Virus record (IMG/VR): IMGVR_UViG_3300009709_000020
Span: 38,787 to 102,786 of that record
Direction: 5' to 3' (one strand)
Length of the DNA stretch: 64,000 nucleotides
DNA from: a virus
Part shown: piece by piece, positions 40,991 through 51,112 of the stretch
Position numbering within the stretch: position 1 is the stretch's first letter
Layout: each line of letters begins with the position of its first letter
Notes under the pieces: generated by a model
Told to the model about the DNA's origin: nothing
Seen by the model: the letters and a program-made list of their open reading frames with translations, nothing else
Database searches by the model: none
Position numbers and translations under genes: made by a program

Positions 40991-42682
40991 ATGACTAAAA
41001 ATTTAAAAACATGTCCTTTAACTAAAACAGAGTTGTCAAATGCGTACAATGAATGCAAATATTCAACATCTGCATTACCCAAGTACATAAAAGAGCATTT
41101 TGATTTGGACTTGTCGAGAACACAAGTGGAACGTTTTTTAAAAAATTATAACTTGAATAAATCTTTCCACGAAAAAAAAATGATTGACTGTAATTATGAC
41201 AGGGCAGGATTAGAACAAGCCCTGAGGGAGTGTGATTTTAATGTTGTAAAATTTGTTCAGCGAGAAAATTCACCGTCGGTTACCTGGGCAAAAGTCATGA
41301 CTTGGATCAATGTTTTTAAATTGGATAAATCAAGTGTGGTTAAACGAACACTTAGGCGCCCATGTCCCATGTCTAAAAACGATTTTGTTTCATTGGTGTA
41401 TGAATGTGGTTTCAATAAATTTGAAATTACTAGAAGATTTTTAAAATATTATGATTATAGACCATGCATTGTTAGGTTTTTTCATTCTTTTGAATTGGAA
41501 TTTTATAAATTAAAAAAAGAATTTTTGGACATCATTGAAAATGCAGACAAAGAATTTATTGTAAAAACTCTGGAAAGTGTTGATTATGATTTATCGGAAG
41601 CAGCAAATTTATTGAATTTTCCTTCAACTGGAGTAATAAGAAATATTTTCAATGATAACAAAATCAATAGTTTTTCTTTATTGCATGAAAATAGAAAATT
41701 GTTTGATGAAATGACTTTAGGTAAAATATCAGATATTTTAGAAATTCCAGTTTGTCACGTAAAAGAATATAGAATTCTAAGTGGTATTGAACTAAATGAA
41801 AACGTATACTTGAATAGTACTGGCGAAATAGAAGTACTAGATTTTATTCGCAGTCTAGGATTTCCATCTGCATCCAAAAAAAGATATTTGGATGAAAATG
41901 ATAAAAAATTTGAAATTGATATAGTAATAGAAGAAAAAGGTTGCGGATTTGAATTTAACGGGGATTATTGGCATTCTACGTTCAAACAGTTAGATAAAAA
42001 TTATCACTCAGCGAAGATCAAAAATGCAAAATATCACGGAATAGAATTATTTCATATTTTTGAGCATGAATGGAATTTAAAGAAAGATATCGTAAAATCA
42101 AATATTAAACACAAATTGGGAAAAACTGGAAATAAAGTATTTGCAAGGAAATTGACTATATGTCATAATATTTCATCTTCTGAGGAAAAGGAATTCTTGA
42201 CGAAAAATCATATTCAAGGATATGTAAATTCTTCGGTAAAAATTGGGTTAAGAGACAATGATAATAAATTAATGATGTTGTTAACCCTCGGGAAGCCTAG
42301 ATTTGATCGAAATGTTGATTGGGAAATATACAGAGTATCGACACAGTTGAATACTGTAGTAATAGGTGGACTAAGTAAACTATTAGATGAATTTAAACGA
42401 AAATTTAATCCAAAAACCATAATGACTTATGTGGATTTGCGCTATGGATCTGGTAATAGTTATGAACTCTGCGGTTTTGTTTTAGATAAAATAACCAAAC
42501 CTAGCTATTTCTATGTAAAAGGAGACGTTATATTATCTCGCTATCAAGCACAAAAACATAAAATATTAAAAATGTTTCCTGATACCGATAAAACACTGAC
42601 CGAAACTGAAATAATGGCGACCAATCGCTACAATAAAATATATGATGCAGGAAATGCAAAATTAATATTTTTGAAAAATTGA
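40991..42682 (+). mobile_element. Second free-standing Vsr/PD-(D/E)XK-like (Hef-like) endonuclease gene
   Basis: FEIDIVI....GFEFNGDYWHS, FARK, VIGGLSKLL, IYDAGN; C-terminal half homologous to 24672-26180; ATAAATA at 40980-86. Confidence 0.75.
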
Positions 42683-42703
42683 TTAATACGAAAGAATTTA
42701 TTA

Positions 42704-43798
42704 ATGAAAGAAAAAATTTTCAATACAGGAAAATCGGATTATAATAATACCGAGCTATTGCTCGGTAGTGATCCCGGTTTATTCGATACTATACACAAAA
42801 AATACCCTAAAATTTGGTCTTTATATAAAGAAATGAAGTCATTGGATTGGAGCGAAGATGAATTCAAATTTGGCCAATGTAATGCTGATTTCAAAACATG
42901 TCCAAAAGAAGTGGCAGATATGATGATTCGTACTCTTGTGTGGCAATGGGAAGCAGATTCGGTTGCAAGTAGATCAATTATTACTGTTCTGGCACCATTC
43001 ATCTCATCTAGTGAACTATGGGCTTGTTGGCAAAGAATTTCAGATAATGAAGTCGTTCATGCAGCAACTTATTCCGAAATTGTAAGAATGTCATTTGATA
43101 ATCCAAATGAAGTGCTAGGTGAAGTGCTAGAAATGAAAGAAACACTAGAACGGTTAGATTCTGTATCTACAGTTTTTGGCAATACGTATGAACTTGCACA
43201 TAAATATGCACTAGGTCAAGTAGAAAATGATCAAGAACTATATAACCAAGTATATTTGATGATTTGTACTCTTTTGATGCTTGAACGAATTCAATTCATG
43301 GCATCATTTGCAGTTACATTTACTATTTGTGGTTCTGGACTTTTTCAAGCAATTGGTAAGGCAGTACAAAAGATTGCGCAAGATGAATTGGAAGTTCACT
43401 GTGAACTAGACAAAGAAGTTATTAGAACAGAACGTAAAACCTCTAGAGGAAAAATGGCACATGATCAATTGCTTCCTCAACTTAATTTGATTTTTGAAGA
43501 AATTGTTAATTCTGAATGCACTTGGGTCGACCATCTATTTTCAGATGGTAGAACATTAGTAGGCGCCAATGCAGATTTGATTAAACAATGGGTTCTATAT
43601 AATGCAAAGAATGTTTCTGATTTCTTGGGATTAGAAACTCAATATAAATTTCCAAGACATAATCCAATGCCTACTATGGAAAAATGGTTAAATCTGAATA
43701 AACAGCAAGCAGCACCACAGGAAGAAACACTCGTGCAATACAAAGCAAATATTATTGTTGATGATGCAGGTGATTCTGAATTTGAAGTAGATTTCTAA
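42704..43798 (+). CDS. nrdB: Class Ia ribonucleotide reductase beta subunit
   Basis: ADSV, EVVH..TY, LERIQF..SF, QDE.EVH di-metal ligands; APQE C-terminus. Confidence 0.93.
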   Translation: MKEKIFNTGKSDYNNTELLLGSDPGLFDTIHKKYPKIWSLYKEMKSLDWSEDEFKFGQCNADFKTCPKEVADMMIRTLVWQWEADSVASRSIITVLAPFISSSELWACWQRISDNEVVHAATYSEIVRMSFDNPNEVLGEVLEMKETLERLDSVSTVFGNTYELAHKYALGQVENDQELYNQVYLMICTLLMLERIQFMASFAVTFTICGSGLFQAIGKAVQKIAQDELEVHCELDKEVIRTERKTSRGKMAHDQLLPQLNLIFEEIVNSECTWVDHLFSDGRTLVGANADLIKQWVLYNAKNVSDFLGLETQYKFPRHNPMPTMEKWLNLNKQQAAPQEETLVQYKANIIVDDAGDSEFEVDF

Positions 43799-43810
43799 AA
43801 GGATATAAAA

Positions 43811-44185
43811 ATGGAAGAAGAAAGAGCAGAATTCTCTATAGAGAAGACAAAAAACATTATTAAACAAGTAGAAGAAGATACATTCAAACAACAAATTGGT
43901 CTTGTTCGAAATATTGCGCAAAAGTTGGGATCAATTGAAGAAAAGAATAACTGTATGAAAGTTAGGTTTTTGGATTGGTTGTCATCAAAACTTAAGGCAT
44001 GGGCAGAAAAATTAGATGATTATTCATATTCTATCACCACACCATGTGCAGTAAAATTACCCGAAAAGAAAGCCGACACCAAATGGTATTCGGGTTTCAC
44101 CAGAGCCAATAGAAAAGGTACCACAACCGAATCAGGTGAACAAATGCAATCAATTGTTGAACGTTTATCCAAGATGGAAAAATAA
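43811..44185 (+). CDS. Hypothetical protein
   Basis: 124-aa ORF with AAGGA SD. Confidence 0.6.
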   Translation: MEEERAEFSIEKTKNIIKQVEEDTFKQQIGLVRNIAQKLGSIEEKNNCMKVRFLDWLSSKLKAWAEKLDDYSYSITTPCAVKLPEKKADTKWYSGFTRANRKGTTTESGEQMQSIVERLSKMEK

Positions 44186-44194
44186 GTATCGACA

Positions 44195-44812
44195 ATGAGA
44201 ATCGACGAAATTGAAATAATTCCTAATCAAAATTTTAGTCAAACGACATTGCAAAATTATTTGAATTTGACATCGTGTGTGCACACAGGTGATATGTTTT
44301 CGTATGATAATAGGTTGCATGTCAATTACATTAATAATGGAAAAGAATTTTTATTGATTTTGTCTGATGAATATGAAAAAGCTGTCGCATATGCAGGTTT
44401 TGAAATTATTTCTGATAAAATTTTACAAGCAAAAAATGTTGCAGTATTTTCCCCGTATACTGGAGAGAATTTAGCAGCAAAAATGTACAAATTTGTAAAA
44501 GAACAAATGCATAAAAGTATTCAGAGCGATAATAGGCAAACAATTTCTGGCAAAAAACTTTGGTTAGATGGATTAGAAAAAGAAGGATTAAATCCTTGTG
44601 TATATGATACGATGACACATGATATTATAGATCGCAATGTATATCCTGAAAAATTCAATGAATTGATAAATGTGATGTATGATTCATCAGATGAACGTTC
44701 ACGGAATTATATTTGGGTAATGGAAAAAAATGATAATTATCCTTCGCAAAATATATTGACGGAAACAAAATTATTGTTATCGATCAAAACATGGTGGCGT
44801 TGTGAATTTTAA
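44195..44812 (+). CDS. Possible GNAT-fold protein, probable head-packaged
   Basis: MRIDEI leader; V..PYTGENLA..MY and SD..QT..G..LW resemble GNAT motifs; ATAAGTA 6 nt before the ATG. Confidence 0.45.
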   Translation: MRIDEIEIIPNQNFSQTTLQNYLNLTSCVHTGDMFSYDNRLHVNYINNGKEFLLILSDEYEKAVAYAGFEIISDKILQAKNVAVFSPYTGENLAAKMYKFVKEQMHKSIQSDNRQTISGKKLWLDGLEKEGLNPCVYDTMTHDIIDRNVYPEKFNELINVMYDSSDERSRNYIWVMEKNDNYPSQNILTETKLLLSIKTWWRCEF

Positions 44813-44826
44813 ATGGAGAAAAATTA

Positions 44827-45045
44827 ATGAAAGTAGAAGTATGGTCACGCGATAATTGTGCATTTTGTGTATATGCCAAGAAATTACTAGAATCAAAAAA
44901 CATTGAATACACTGAAAAAAAGATTGGCGACGGATATTCAAGAGAAGACTTGCTTGAGATTCTTCCGGAAGCAAAAACATTGCCACAAATTTTTATCGAC
45001 GGAGAAGCTATTGGTGGTTATGACCAATTAGTGAAAAGAGTATGA
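44827..45045 (+). CDS. Glutaredoxin
   Basis: CAFC, TLPQIFI, IGGYD. Confidence 0.92.
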   Translation: MKVEVWSRDNCAFCVYAKKLLESKNIEYTEKKIGDGYSREDLLEILPEAKTLPQIFIDGEAIGGYDQLVKRV

Positions 45046-45072
45046 TACATAAAAAATCTAAACCAGACATGA

Positions 45073-45330
45073 ATGCAAAAAAACAAACATCTTGGACTCT
45101 TAATCCGATGTTTAATATTAAATTTGTTACACGGTATGACTACACACTCGAAGAATTCAAAGAATATGAAAGATTGTGGAAAGAAGAAAATGGCACATCC
45201 AAACAAGGTTAGGGTAGAAAAAATTCCTTCACGCAGAAAAGTATTTTTTTGTGATATTGAAGATATGTCACCTAAAAAGGCCCTCTTAGAATTAAAGCGA
45301 ATTATGAAAGAAAAAAGGAAATACAATTGA
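45073..45330 (+). CDS. Small basic hypothetical protein (true start probably internal)
   Basis: Fills the gap and overlaps the next start; N-terminal part doubtful. Confidence 0.35.
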   Translation: MQKNKHLGLLIRCLILNLLHGMTTHSKNSKNMKDCGKKKMAHPNKVRVEKIPSRRKVFFCDIEDMSPKKALLELKRIMKEKRKYN

Positions 45331-45623
45331 GTTATAATATAGGAACAATTTATTCGATCAAGATCAATTCAGGTGAAGAATTGATTGCAAGAGTTGCAGA
45401 CGAATCAGAAACTACACTAACAATCACCAATCCAGTATCAGTTGCACCTGGCCCCCAAGGACTAGGATTAATTCCGACTTTTTTCACAAGTGAAGCAAAG
45501 TCAGTAACTTTGTACAAAACATCTATCGCTCTGGTAGCAGAATCTGAGGATTCAGTGCAAGCTAAATATATTGAAGCAACAGGTGGAATTATTGTACCAT
45601 CAAAGAAACTAATCCTAGGGTAA
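45327..45623 (+). CDS. Conserved T4-like small protein, possible Sm-like fold
   Basis: IKINSGEELIARV...ITNP...Y...TGGIIVP. Confidence 0.55.
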   Translation: MSYNIGTIYSIKINSGEELIARVADESETTLTITNPVSVAPGPQGLGLIPTFFTSEAKSVTLYKTSIALVAESEDSVQAKYIEATGGIIVPSKKLILG

Positions 45624-45627
45624 TTAA

Positions 45628-45900
45628 ATGTCAAATAAATTGAGTAGAAAAGGGGATGCAACTGCTGCTCAAGGTAAAATTTTAAAAGGGTCTTCTACTG
45701 TTTTTGCAAACAACAAGGCAGTCGGTGTTCATAAAAGTGATATTACTCCGCATCCCGGAGGTGGCCCACACAACAAATCCAAAACAACTGAAGGTAGTCC
45801 TACTGTTTTTGCAGATGGACTACCTGTTTTGCGTGTGGGATCAGGAACAACATGCGGACACAAAATAGTTGAAGGAAGTGATGACATACAAGTTGATTAA
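45628..45900 (+). CDS. PAAR-type baseplate spike-tip protein (T4 gp5.4-like)
   Basis: SRKGD, GSSTVFAN, PH...PH, GSPTVFADG.PVLRVG..TTCGH. Confidence 0.85.
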   Translation: MSNKLSRKGDATAAQGKILKGSSTVFANNKAVGVHKSDITPHPGGGPHNKSKTTEGSPTVFADGLPVLRVGSGTTCGHKIVEGSDDIQVD

Positions 45901-45902
45901 TT

Positions 45903-48671
45903 ATGGCAGATAGTGTAATTCAAACGCCGCTGGGAATAAATTCATTGGGATACCTGCTCGCCAATTCAGGTTTTCAAATAAATTCAACTACTCAACAAAA
46001 AATTGGTACAAGTAAGAACAATAGTTCATATATTCCAGGAACATTAATAACCTCTACTGCATTGAATGCGTTGACATTTGCAATCAATGACGGATATGTT
46101 AGAGGAATCTTGAATTCTAATGCAACTTTATCAAATACAACATACAATGCGTTGATTTCTATTGGTGCAAATTCTATTCCGGCTTTAGGAAATTCAATGT
46201 CACCGGGATACATTTTTTCAGACCCAATCGGTGATTGGAGTGCGTTTGGATATCCTGCAACAACGGGATATAGTATTACTGGATCAACAGGCCAAGGACA
46301 AAATGCGGCTTGGAATCCATACAATTTGACAAATGCTGACCCAAGTATTACACAATGGGGATATTTAAGATTGCATGCCTTGCAAGGATGGAATGAATTT
46401 AATTGGAATGGATCTTCGGTGGCACAACTATCGCCTCAATACAAAGAGTTTTGTGGATCATTCTCAACTGTAGATAGTTTTATCAATGCTACAAATGCAT
46501 CGATCTTAACCGCTACAAATGCGCAAACTTATATGACGGGTACATTTAGTAATATGAATGATTTAGTAACGTCTGACATAACAGGTGTTAGTTTATCAAC
46601 ATATGAATTCGGAACAGACTTAATAAATTCAGGAAAAGTAATAGACCTTTCAAGAATCGATGGATTTGGGTTACCGTCAGTTTTATTGAATACATTAGTA
46701 AAATACAGTGCAGTAAATGATGACCTTCCGATAGCGATGTTAATGTCAGGAATATCTCCGGACGATCTAACAGGAATTTTAACCACAACAAATCAATTGT
46801 ATTCATCTGTTGTTGAAATCCAGCTATACAATTCATTCAAACTGATTACGGATGACAGTCTAAATACCATTCTATCTATTTTGGGTTGTACTACAAGAGG
46901 TTTAACTTCTCTTGCTGATGTGTTAGATGTAAAGAAACTATTTCCAAATAGTTACCAAACATTAACTGTTCCGGTGTACAATTCAGAATTAGGATTAGAC
47001 ACCAATAGCAAAACATATTATCTGATTTACACAAACCAAGGATTAAATCCAGCATTAACCTCATCTGCAATCAGAGATTATGTCGGAACTTTAGTGCCAT
47101 CCGGCAATTCACCTGCTGTATCGGATTCAACTGTATATTCAGTTCCTGTAACGGGTTTTGATTCTTATTTGGTAGGAATATTACCTGCCGAACAGGCCAA
47201 TGCAGCTGGCGCCCTGTCATTTTCTTTGCAACAAATTAATAATATAAATGAAGTAAATGTTCAAAATTTTGCACAGGCTGTCAAAGGAATAGAAACAGTT
47301 TCTGGATACAATGATATAGGTTTGACTTCGACGCCTACTGACAATACAGCTATACAAAATACGATTTCTAAATTAGCCTTGGGATCAGGCCCCTATGGAA
47401 CATATACTGTGTCTGATATGTATGGGTGCATGTCTGGTCTGTCCTATGATTGGACATCATTGAACACATACTTAAACCAATTGTCTACTACAAAATTAAA
47501 AAATATTTACACTGAATTATTTCGTTCAATCGTGTGGGAACAAGCAACAGCGACAGTGCAATATACAACAAATGGGGACGGAACACATACTGTTACTGGA
47601 ATTACCGTAACAGATTCTGGAGGAGGATATGGAAGAGGATCGGCCCCAGCGCCAATAGTAACTATTGCGGGCGGATCAGGAGCCACAGCAACTGCATATA
47701 TAGGAACAGACTATTCTCAGATTGGGTCAAATTCATCCGGAACCTTTAGTAGAGTTACAAATATTGTTGTAACATCTCCTGGAACACCAAATACTACTAT
47801 ACCTACTGTAACTTTACAAGCACCTCCAATTGGAGATTTGCCTGTCAATTCTGACGGTAGTATTAATGTTTCAGGAACAAATACAGCAACAGGAACGGCA
47901 GCATGGCCGGCCCTAAATTCATCCGTCCAAGCCTATATTGTTCAGGCAAATGCAGAAATAGCAAATATATTAAATTCTAATTTGGCTATGTCTGCTGCAT
48001 TAAACAATTTATGGAATAGTTTCGGATCTCAATTAATGATAGAACAGCGTTCACGTTTTTATGCCCTGTCTCCTGTTAGTATTCCCAAGGATAATACGAT
48101 GTATCCAACAATGACAACTATTTCAAACTTTGTGAATGATTTGTCACAGTATGCAGTTGATACCAATCCTCATATGTCAGCACAGACATTAGATGCAATC
48201 GTTGATTTGTCAACTAGTGCCGGACAAAGCATCAGTGCCGTATTAAAACAATCTAGAAATAATTCAAGATTATCAGTAGCAGGTATAGGATTGTCAGACA
48301 ATATTCCGAATTCTTTGTCTGACCAGGAAAAAAATGCATTATTAGTTAATGGTACATTGCCTAGCGCAGTTAATAACACTATTGGTGGTAATACAAATCC
48401 TTCATATTTTTCAACATTGCTAAATGGAGTTGAATTGGTGCCTTCAGTTACAGGAACCTATACGTTTGATCCAAATTCATTGCTTGGTACATTAATACCA
48501 ACATCAAATACCGTAGATTCAACCACTACCTCTTCGGATGAATTGTCATCTGTTATTCCGACGACACTAAATCCTGATTATGTTTCTACGTTGCCCAATT
48601 CATCCTTGTCTATAGCGGATGCGATAAATCAAGTTACAACCTGTAACTGTGATTGTCAAATCAAAACTTAA
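45903..48671 (+). CDS. Large virion structural protein (922 aa)
   Basis: S/T/N-rich; directly after PAAR; ITVTDSGGGY..AP.VTI.GG.GATATA module. Confidence 0.6.
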   Translation: MADSVIQTPLGINSLGYLLANSGFQINSTTQQKIGTSKNNSSYIPGTLITSTALNALTFAINDGYVRGILNSNATLSNTTYNALISIGANSIPALGNSMSPGYIFSDPIGDWSAFGYPATTGYSITGSTGQGQNAAWNPYNLTNADPSITQWGYLRLHALQGWNEFNWNGSSVAQLSPQYKEFCGSFSTVDSFINATNASILTATNAQTYMTGTFSNMNDLVTSDITGVSLSTYEFGTDLINSGKVIDLSRIDGFGLPSVLLNTLVKYSAVNDDLPIAMLMSGISPDDLTGILTTTNQLYSSVVEIQLYNSFKLITDDSLNTILSILGCTTRGLTSLADVLDVKKLFPNSYQTLTVPVYNSELGLDTNSKTYYLIYTNQGLNPALTSSAIRDYVGTLVPSGNSPAVSDSTVYSVPVTGFDSYLVGILPAEQANAAGALSFSLQQINNINEVNVQNFAQAVKGIETVSGYNDIGLTSTPTDNTAIQNTISKLALGSGPYGTYTVSDMYGCMSGLSYDWTSLNTYLNQLSTTKLKNIYTELFRSIVWEQATATVQYTTNGDGTHTVTGITVTDSGGGYGRGSAPAPIVTIAGGSGATATAYIGTDYSQIGSNSSGTFSRVTNIVVTSPGTPNTTIPTVTLQAPPIGDLPVNSDGSINVSGTNTATGTAAWPALNSSVQAYIVQANAEIANILNSNLAMSAALNNLWNSFGSQLMIEQRSRFYALSPVSIPKDNTMYPTMTTISNFVNDLSQYAVDTNPHMSAQTLDAIVDLSTSAGQSISAVLKQSRNNSRLSVAGIGLSDNIPNSLSDQEKNALLVNGTLPSAVNNTIGGNTNPSYFSTLLNGVELVPSVTGTYTFDPNSLLGTLIPTSNTVDSTTTSSDELSSVIPTTLNPDYVSTLPNSSLSIADAINQVTTCNCDCQIKT

Positions 48672-48692
48672 CAGATTAGGAATAAAATTTTA

Positions 48693-48721
48693 TTGACGAA
48701 TATATCTTGTTTTGATATGAT
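48693..48721 (+). promoter_or_regulatory. Early sigma70-type promoter
   Basis: TTGACG-17-TATGAT. Confidence 0.7.
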
Positions 48722-48762
48722 GAGGCATCAATATCGCTTCAGATATAAAAGGAGATTAGACA

Positions 48763-48933
48763 ATGTTTTTTGTACAGAATACGTTCACAAAGGCATATAT
48801 CACAGATCAGGATGGTCTTGCTCTGGATAAGAAGAAGGCAAAAAAGTTTAACAATGAACACAGCGCATCAGCAGCAATTGATCGTTCACACAAAGAATTC
48901 GGAACAATGTTTCCATTTGAAATGGTTGGGTGA
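48763..48933 (+). CDS. 56-aa hypothetical protein (MFFVQNTFTKAYITD...), absent from the ORF track
   Basis: AAGGAG SD before ATG 48763; own promoter upstream and GGGG/CCCC-T-run terminator at ~48957-48983. Confidence 0.7.
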   Translation: MFFVQNTFTKAYITDQDGLALDKKKAKKFNNEHSASAAIDRSHKEFGTMFPFEMVG

Positions 48934-49049
48934 AATAAACCAATATAATACTAAAATGGGGGATTAATTTCCCCTATTTTTTTGGATAAAATTTTTTATA
49001 GAGTTTTTATGGCTTAAATACTGCTAGAAACTTAGCAGGAACTCATTAA

Positions 49050-50108
49050 ATGTCATCAAAAATTCTTTTTATTTTAAAATTGAGAGAAGATTATTCTCAC
49101 GCCCATTACGGAAATAAAAATTTATCAACTGGTTTATTCAATAGTGCAAATTTCATGAATGAAATGCTCAATGAACAAGGAATTGATTCAGTATTAGAAG
49201 TAGCGATTGATAATAATTGTATAGATAGATTAGTAAATCTTCATAAACCAACTCACGTAATCATCGAAGCACTTTGGGTGGTGCCCTCCAAATTTGATAT
49301 TTTGCAGAAACTTCATCCAAATGTTACATGGATTGTAAGACTCCACAGTGAAATGCCTTTCATGGCAGGAGAAGGCATCGCTATGAATTGGGTAGGAGAA
49401 TATTCTAGGTTTAGAAATGTGGTGGTAGCAGTTAACGCACCTAGAATGTATAGAGAAACAGGAATCTATCTGCAAACCTTGCATCAATGGGCCGATCATG
49501 AACTTCGTCAAAAATTAATCTATCTTCCAAATTTTTATCCAAAGGGATACAAAACTAAAAAGATTGATTACACCAAAGATGTAGTTGATGTAGGTTGTTT
49601 CGGGGCAGTTCGGCCACTAAAAAATCATTTGTTACAGGCAATTGCAGCAGTTGATTTTGCAAATAAAATTGGCAAAAAGCTCAGATTTCATATTAACGCA
49701 GGTAGAATTGAAATGCAAGGACAACCTGTATTGAACAATCTAGTGGGATTGTTCGGAAATCTCGCCGAACAAGGACACCATCTTGTAAATCATCATTGGG
49801 TTCCTCGAATCGAATTTCTAGACGTGTGTGCTGAAATGGATATCGGCATGCAATGTAATTTTAGCGAGACGTTCAATATTGTCGGCGCCGACCTAATAAG
49901 TCAAGGTGTTCCTCTTGTAGGAACGTCTGAAATTCCTTGGCAAGCCTTAGGAAGGGCAGAATGCACATCAAGCAAAGATATAACAAATAAGCTGTTGTGT
50001 GCATACAAATATCCTAGATTAAACACCACAGTGAACCAATGGTTCCTAAATAAATATTGCAATACTACTTCTCGGATTTGGGAAGATTATTTTAACGGAG
50101 ATTATTAA
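49050..50108 (+). CDS. GT-B glycosyltransferase (GT4-like)
   Basis: GCFGAVRPLKN, SETFNIV.AD...GVP.VG; TTAAATA upstream. Confidence 0.7.
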   Translation: MSSKILFILKLREDYSHAHYGNKNLSTGLFNSANFMNEMLNEQGIDSVLEVAIDNNCIDRLVNLHKPTHVIIEALWVVPSKFDILQKLHPNVTWIVRLHSEMPFMAGEGIAMNWVGEYSRFRNVVVAVNAPRMYRETGIYLQTLHQWADHELRQKLIYLPNFYPKGYKTKKIDYTKDVVDVGCFGAVRPLKNHLLQAIAAVDFANKIGKKLRFHINAGRIEMQGQPVLNNLVGLFGNLAEQGHHLVNHHWVPRIEFLDVCAEMDIGMQCNFSETFNIVGADLISQGVPLVGTSEIPWQALGRAECTSSKDITNKLLCAYKYPRLNTTVNQWFLNKYCNTTSRIWEDYFNGDY

Positions 50109-50317
50109 TGTCAAATCAACACAAAGTAAAAATCTGGCGCTGGGACAATGAGGTTCTGGTAGTAGATGAAATTACATTTTATGAATATGATCGCGCCCAA
50201 GAATTTGCCCTAGGTCGCCATCAAAGAACAGGGGAACAAATTAAAATTTATAATTTTTGGGATGAAATCATCCTGGAAATCGCCCCAAAAACAAATTGTG
50301 GTCCAGGATACGCATAA
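50108..50317 (+). CDS. Small hypothetical protein
   Basis: TAATG coupling, GGAG SD. Confidence 0.6.
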   Translation: MSNQHKVKIWRWDNEVLVVDEITFYEYDRAQEFALGRHQRTGEQIKIYNFWDEIILEIAPKTNCGPGYA

Positions 50318-50374
50318 TATCCAATTGACACGGTGTTGTTTCTTTTGTAAGAAAATACAAAGGAGATTGATACA

Positions 50375-50809
50375 ATGTCAAAAAATGATGTTTTGTTATT
50401 AACAGCAGCAGATGAACAAAATTACCATGCATTGTGTCACGCAGTGCATGGTATCTCTTTGCACAAGCCAAATGATAGGAATCGTAAAGATAGATTGTCA
50501 ATTACTGCAAAATTTGCATTGCTTTCAAAACAAGATTATTGCTGTGCCCATTGTGGAAAAGAATTTGAAGATTCGTTTCATACTATGAACTTGAAAAAGA
50601 AATCGCATAGGGTACTTCCAGAAGATGTAACAACTGAGCATGTTATTCCGTATAGGTATGGCTCAGCAGCAAATTCACATAATGTAATTCTGGTGCATGC
50701 TCACTGCAATAGGGACCGCGACACTAATTTTTCAATTGAATTAATAGAAGATCATTACGGAAAAATTGATATGACTATGATCAAGTTCATTCTGGTAGTA
50801 GAATTTTGA
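50375..50809 (+). CDS. Small HNH nuclease
   Basis: CAHCG...TTEHVIP...N...VHAHCN; TTGACA-17-TAAGAA promoter at 50325. Confidence 0.75.
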   Translation: MSKNDVLLLTAADEQNYHALCHAVHGISLHKPNDRNRKDRLSITAKFALLSKQDYCCAHCGKEFEDSFHTMNLKKKSHRVLPEDVTTEHVIPYRYGSAANSHNVILVHAHCNRDRDTNFSIELIEDHYGKIDMTMIKFILVVEF

Positions 50810-51057
50810 TTAATTTCATTAAAAATATCCGAGACTCAACTGGTTGTCTCCATTGTGAAGATGGGCCCGCCATGATTATTGAGGAAAACGGAGACATCGA
50901 AGAATCATATTGGTTGCGAGGAAGAATTTTCAGTACAATTGAAGAATGGAAATGGTTCGTAAACAATCAACAAGCCGGCAAGGTTGAAATTAATCCATTC
51001 GAAATAACTTTTGTTGATGAAAAAGCAAAAGTAGAATACCAACTACGTTTTGGTTGA
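50806..51057 (+). CDS. HxxDGPA-repeat small protein
   Basis: LHCEDGPAM; ends EYQLRFG. Confidence 0.65.
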   Translation: MINFIKNIRDSTGCLHCEDGPAMIIEENGDIEESYWLRGRIFSTIEEWKWFVNNQQAGKVEINPFEITFVDEKAKVEYQLRFG

Positions 51058-51083
51058 CATGTCATTAAATTCTCAATAAAAGA

Positions 51084-51112
51084 AATTGATTAAGGAGATA
51101 TGGCATGGCATC
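51084..51112 (+). repeat. 29-bp direct repeat, copy 1 (SD plus first codons)
   Basis: AATTGATTAAGGAGATATGGCATGGCATC is identical to 63972-64000. Confidence 0.85.

Noticed and set aside
48770-48967. ORF-track 65-aa ORF
   Set aside because: The SD points to ATG 48763 in another frame, and this ORF runs into the terminator
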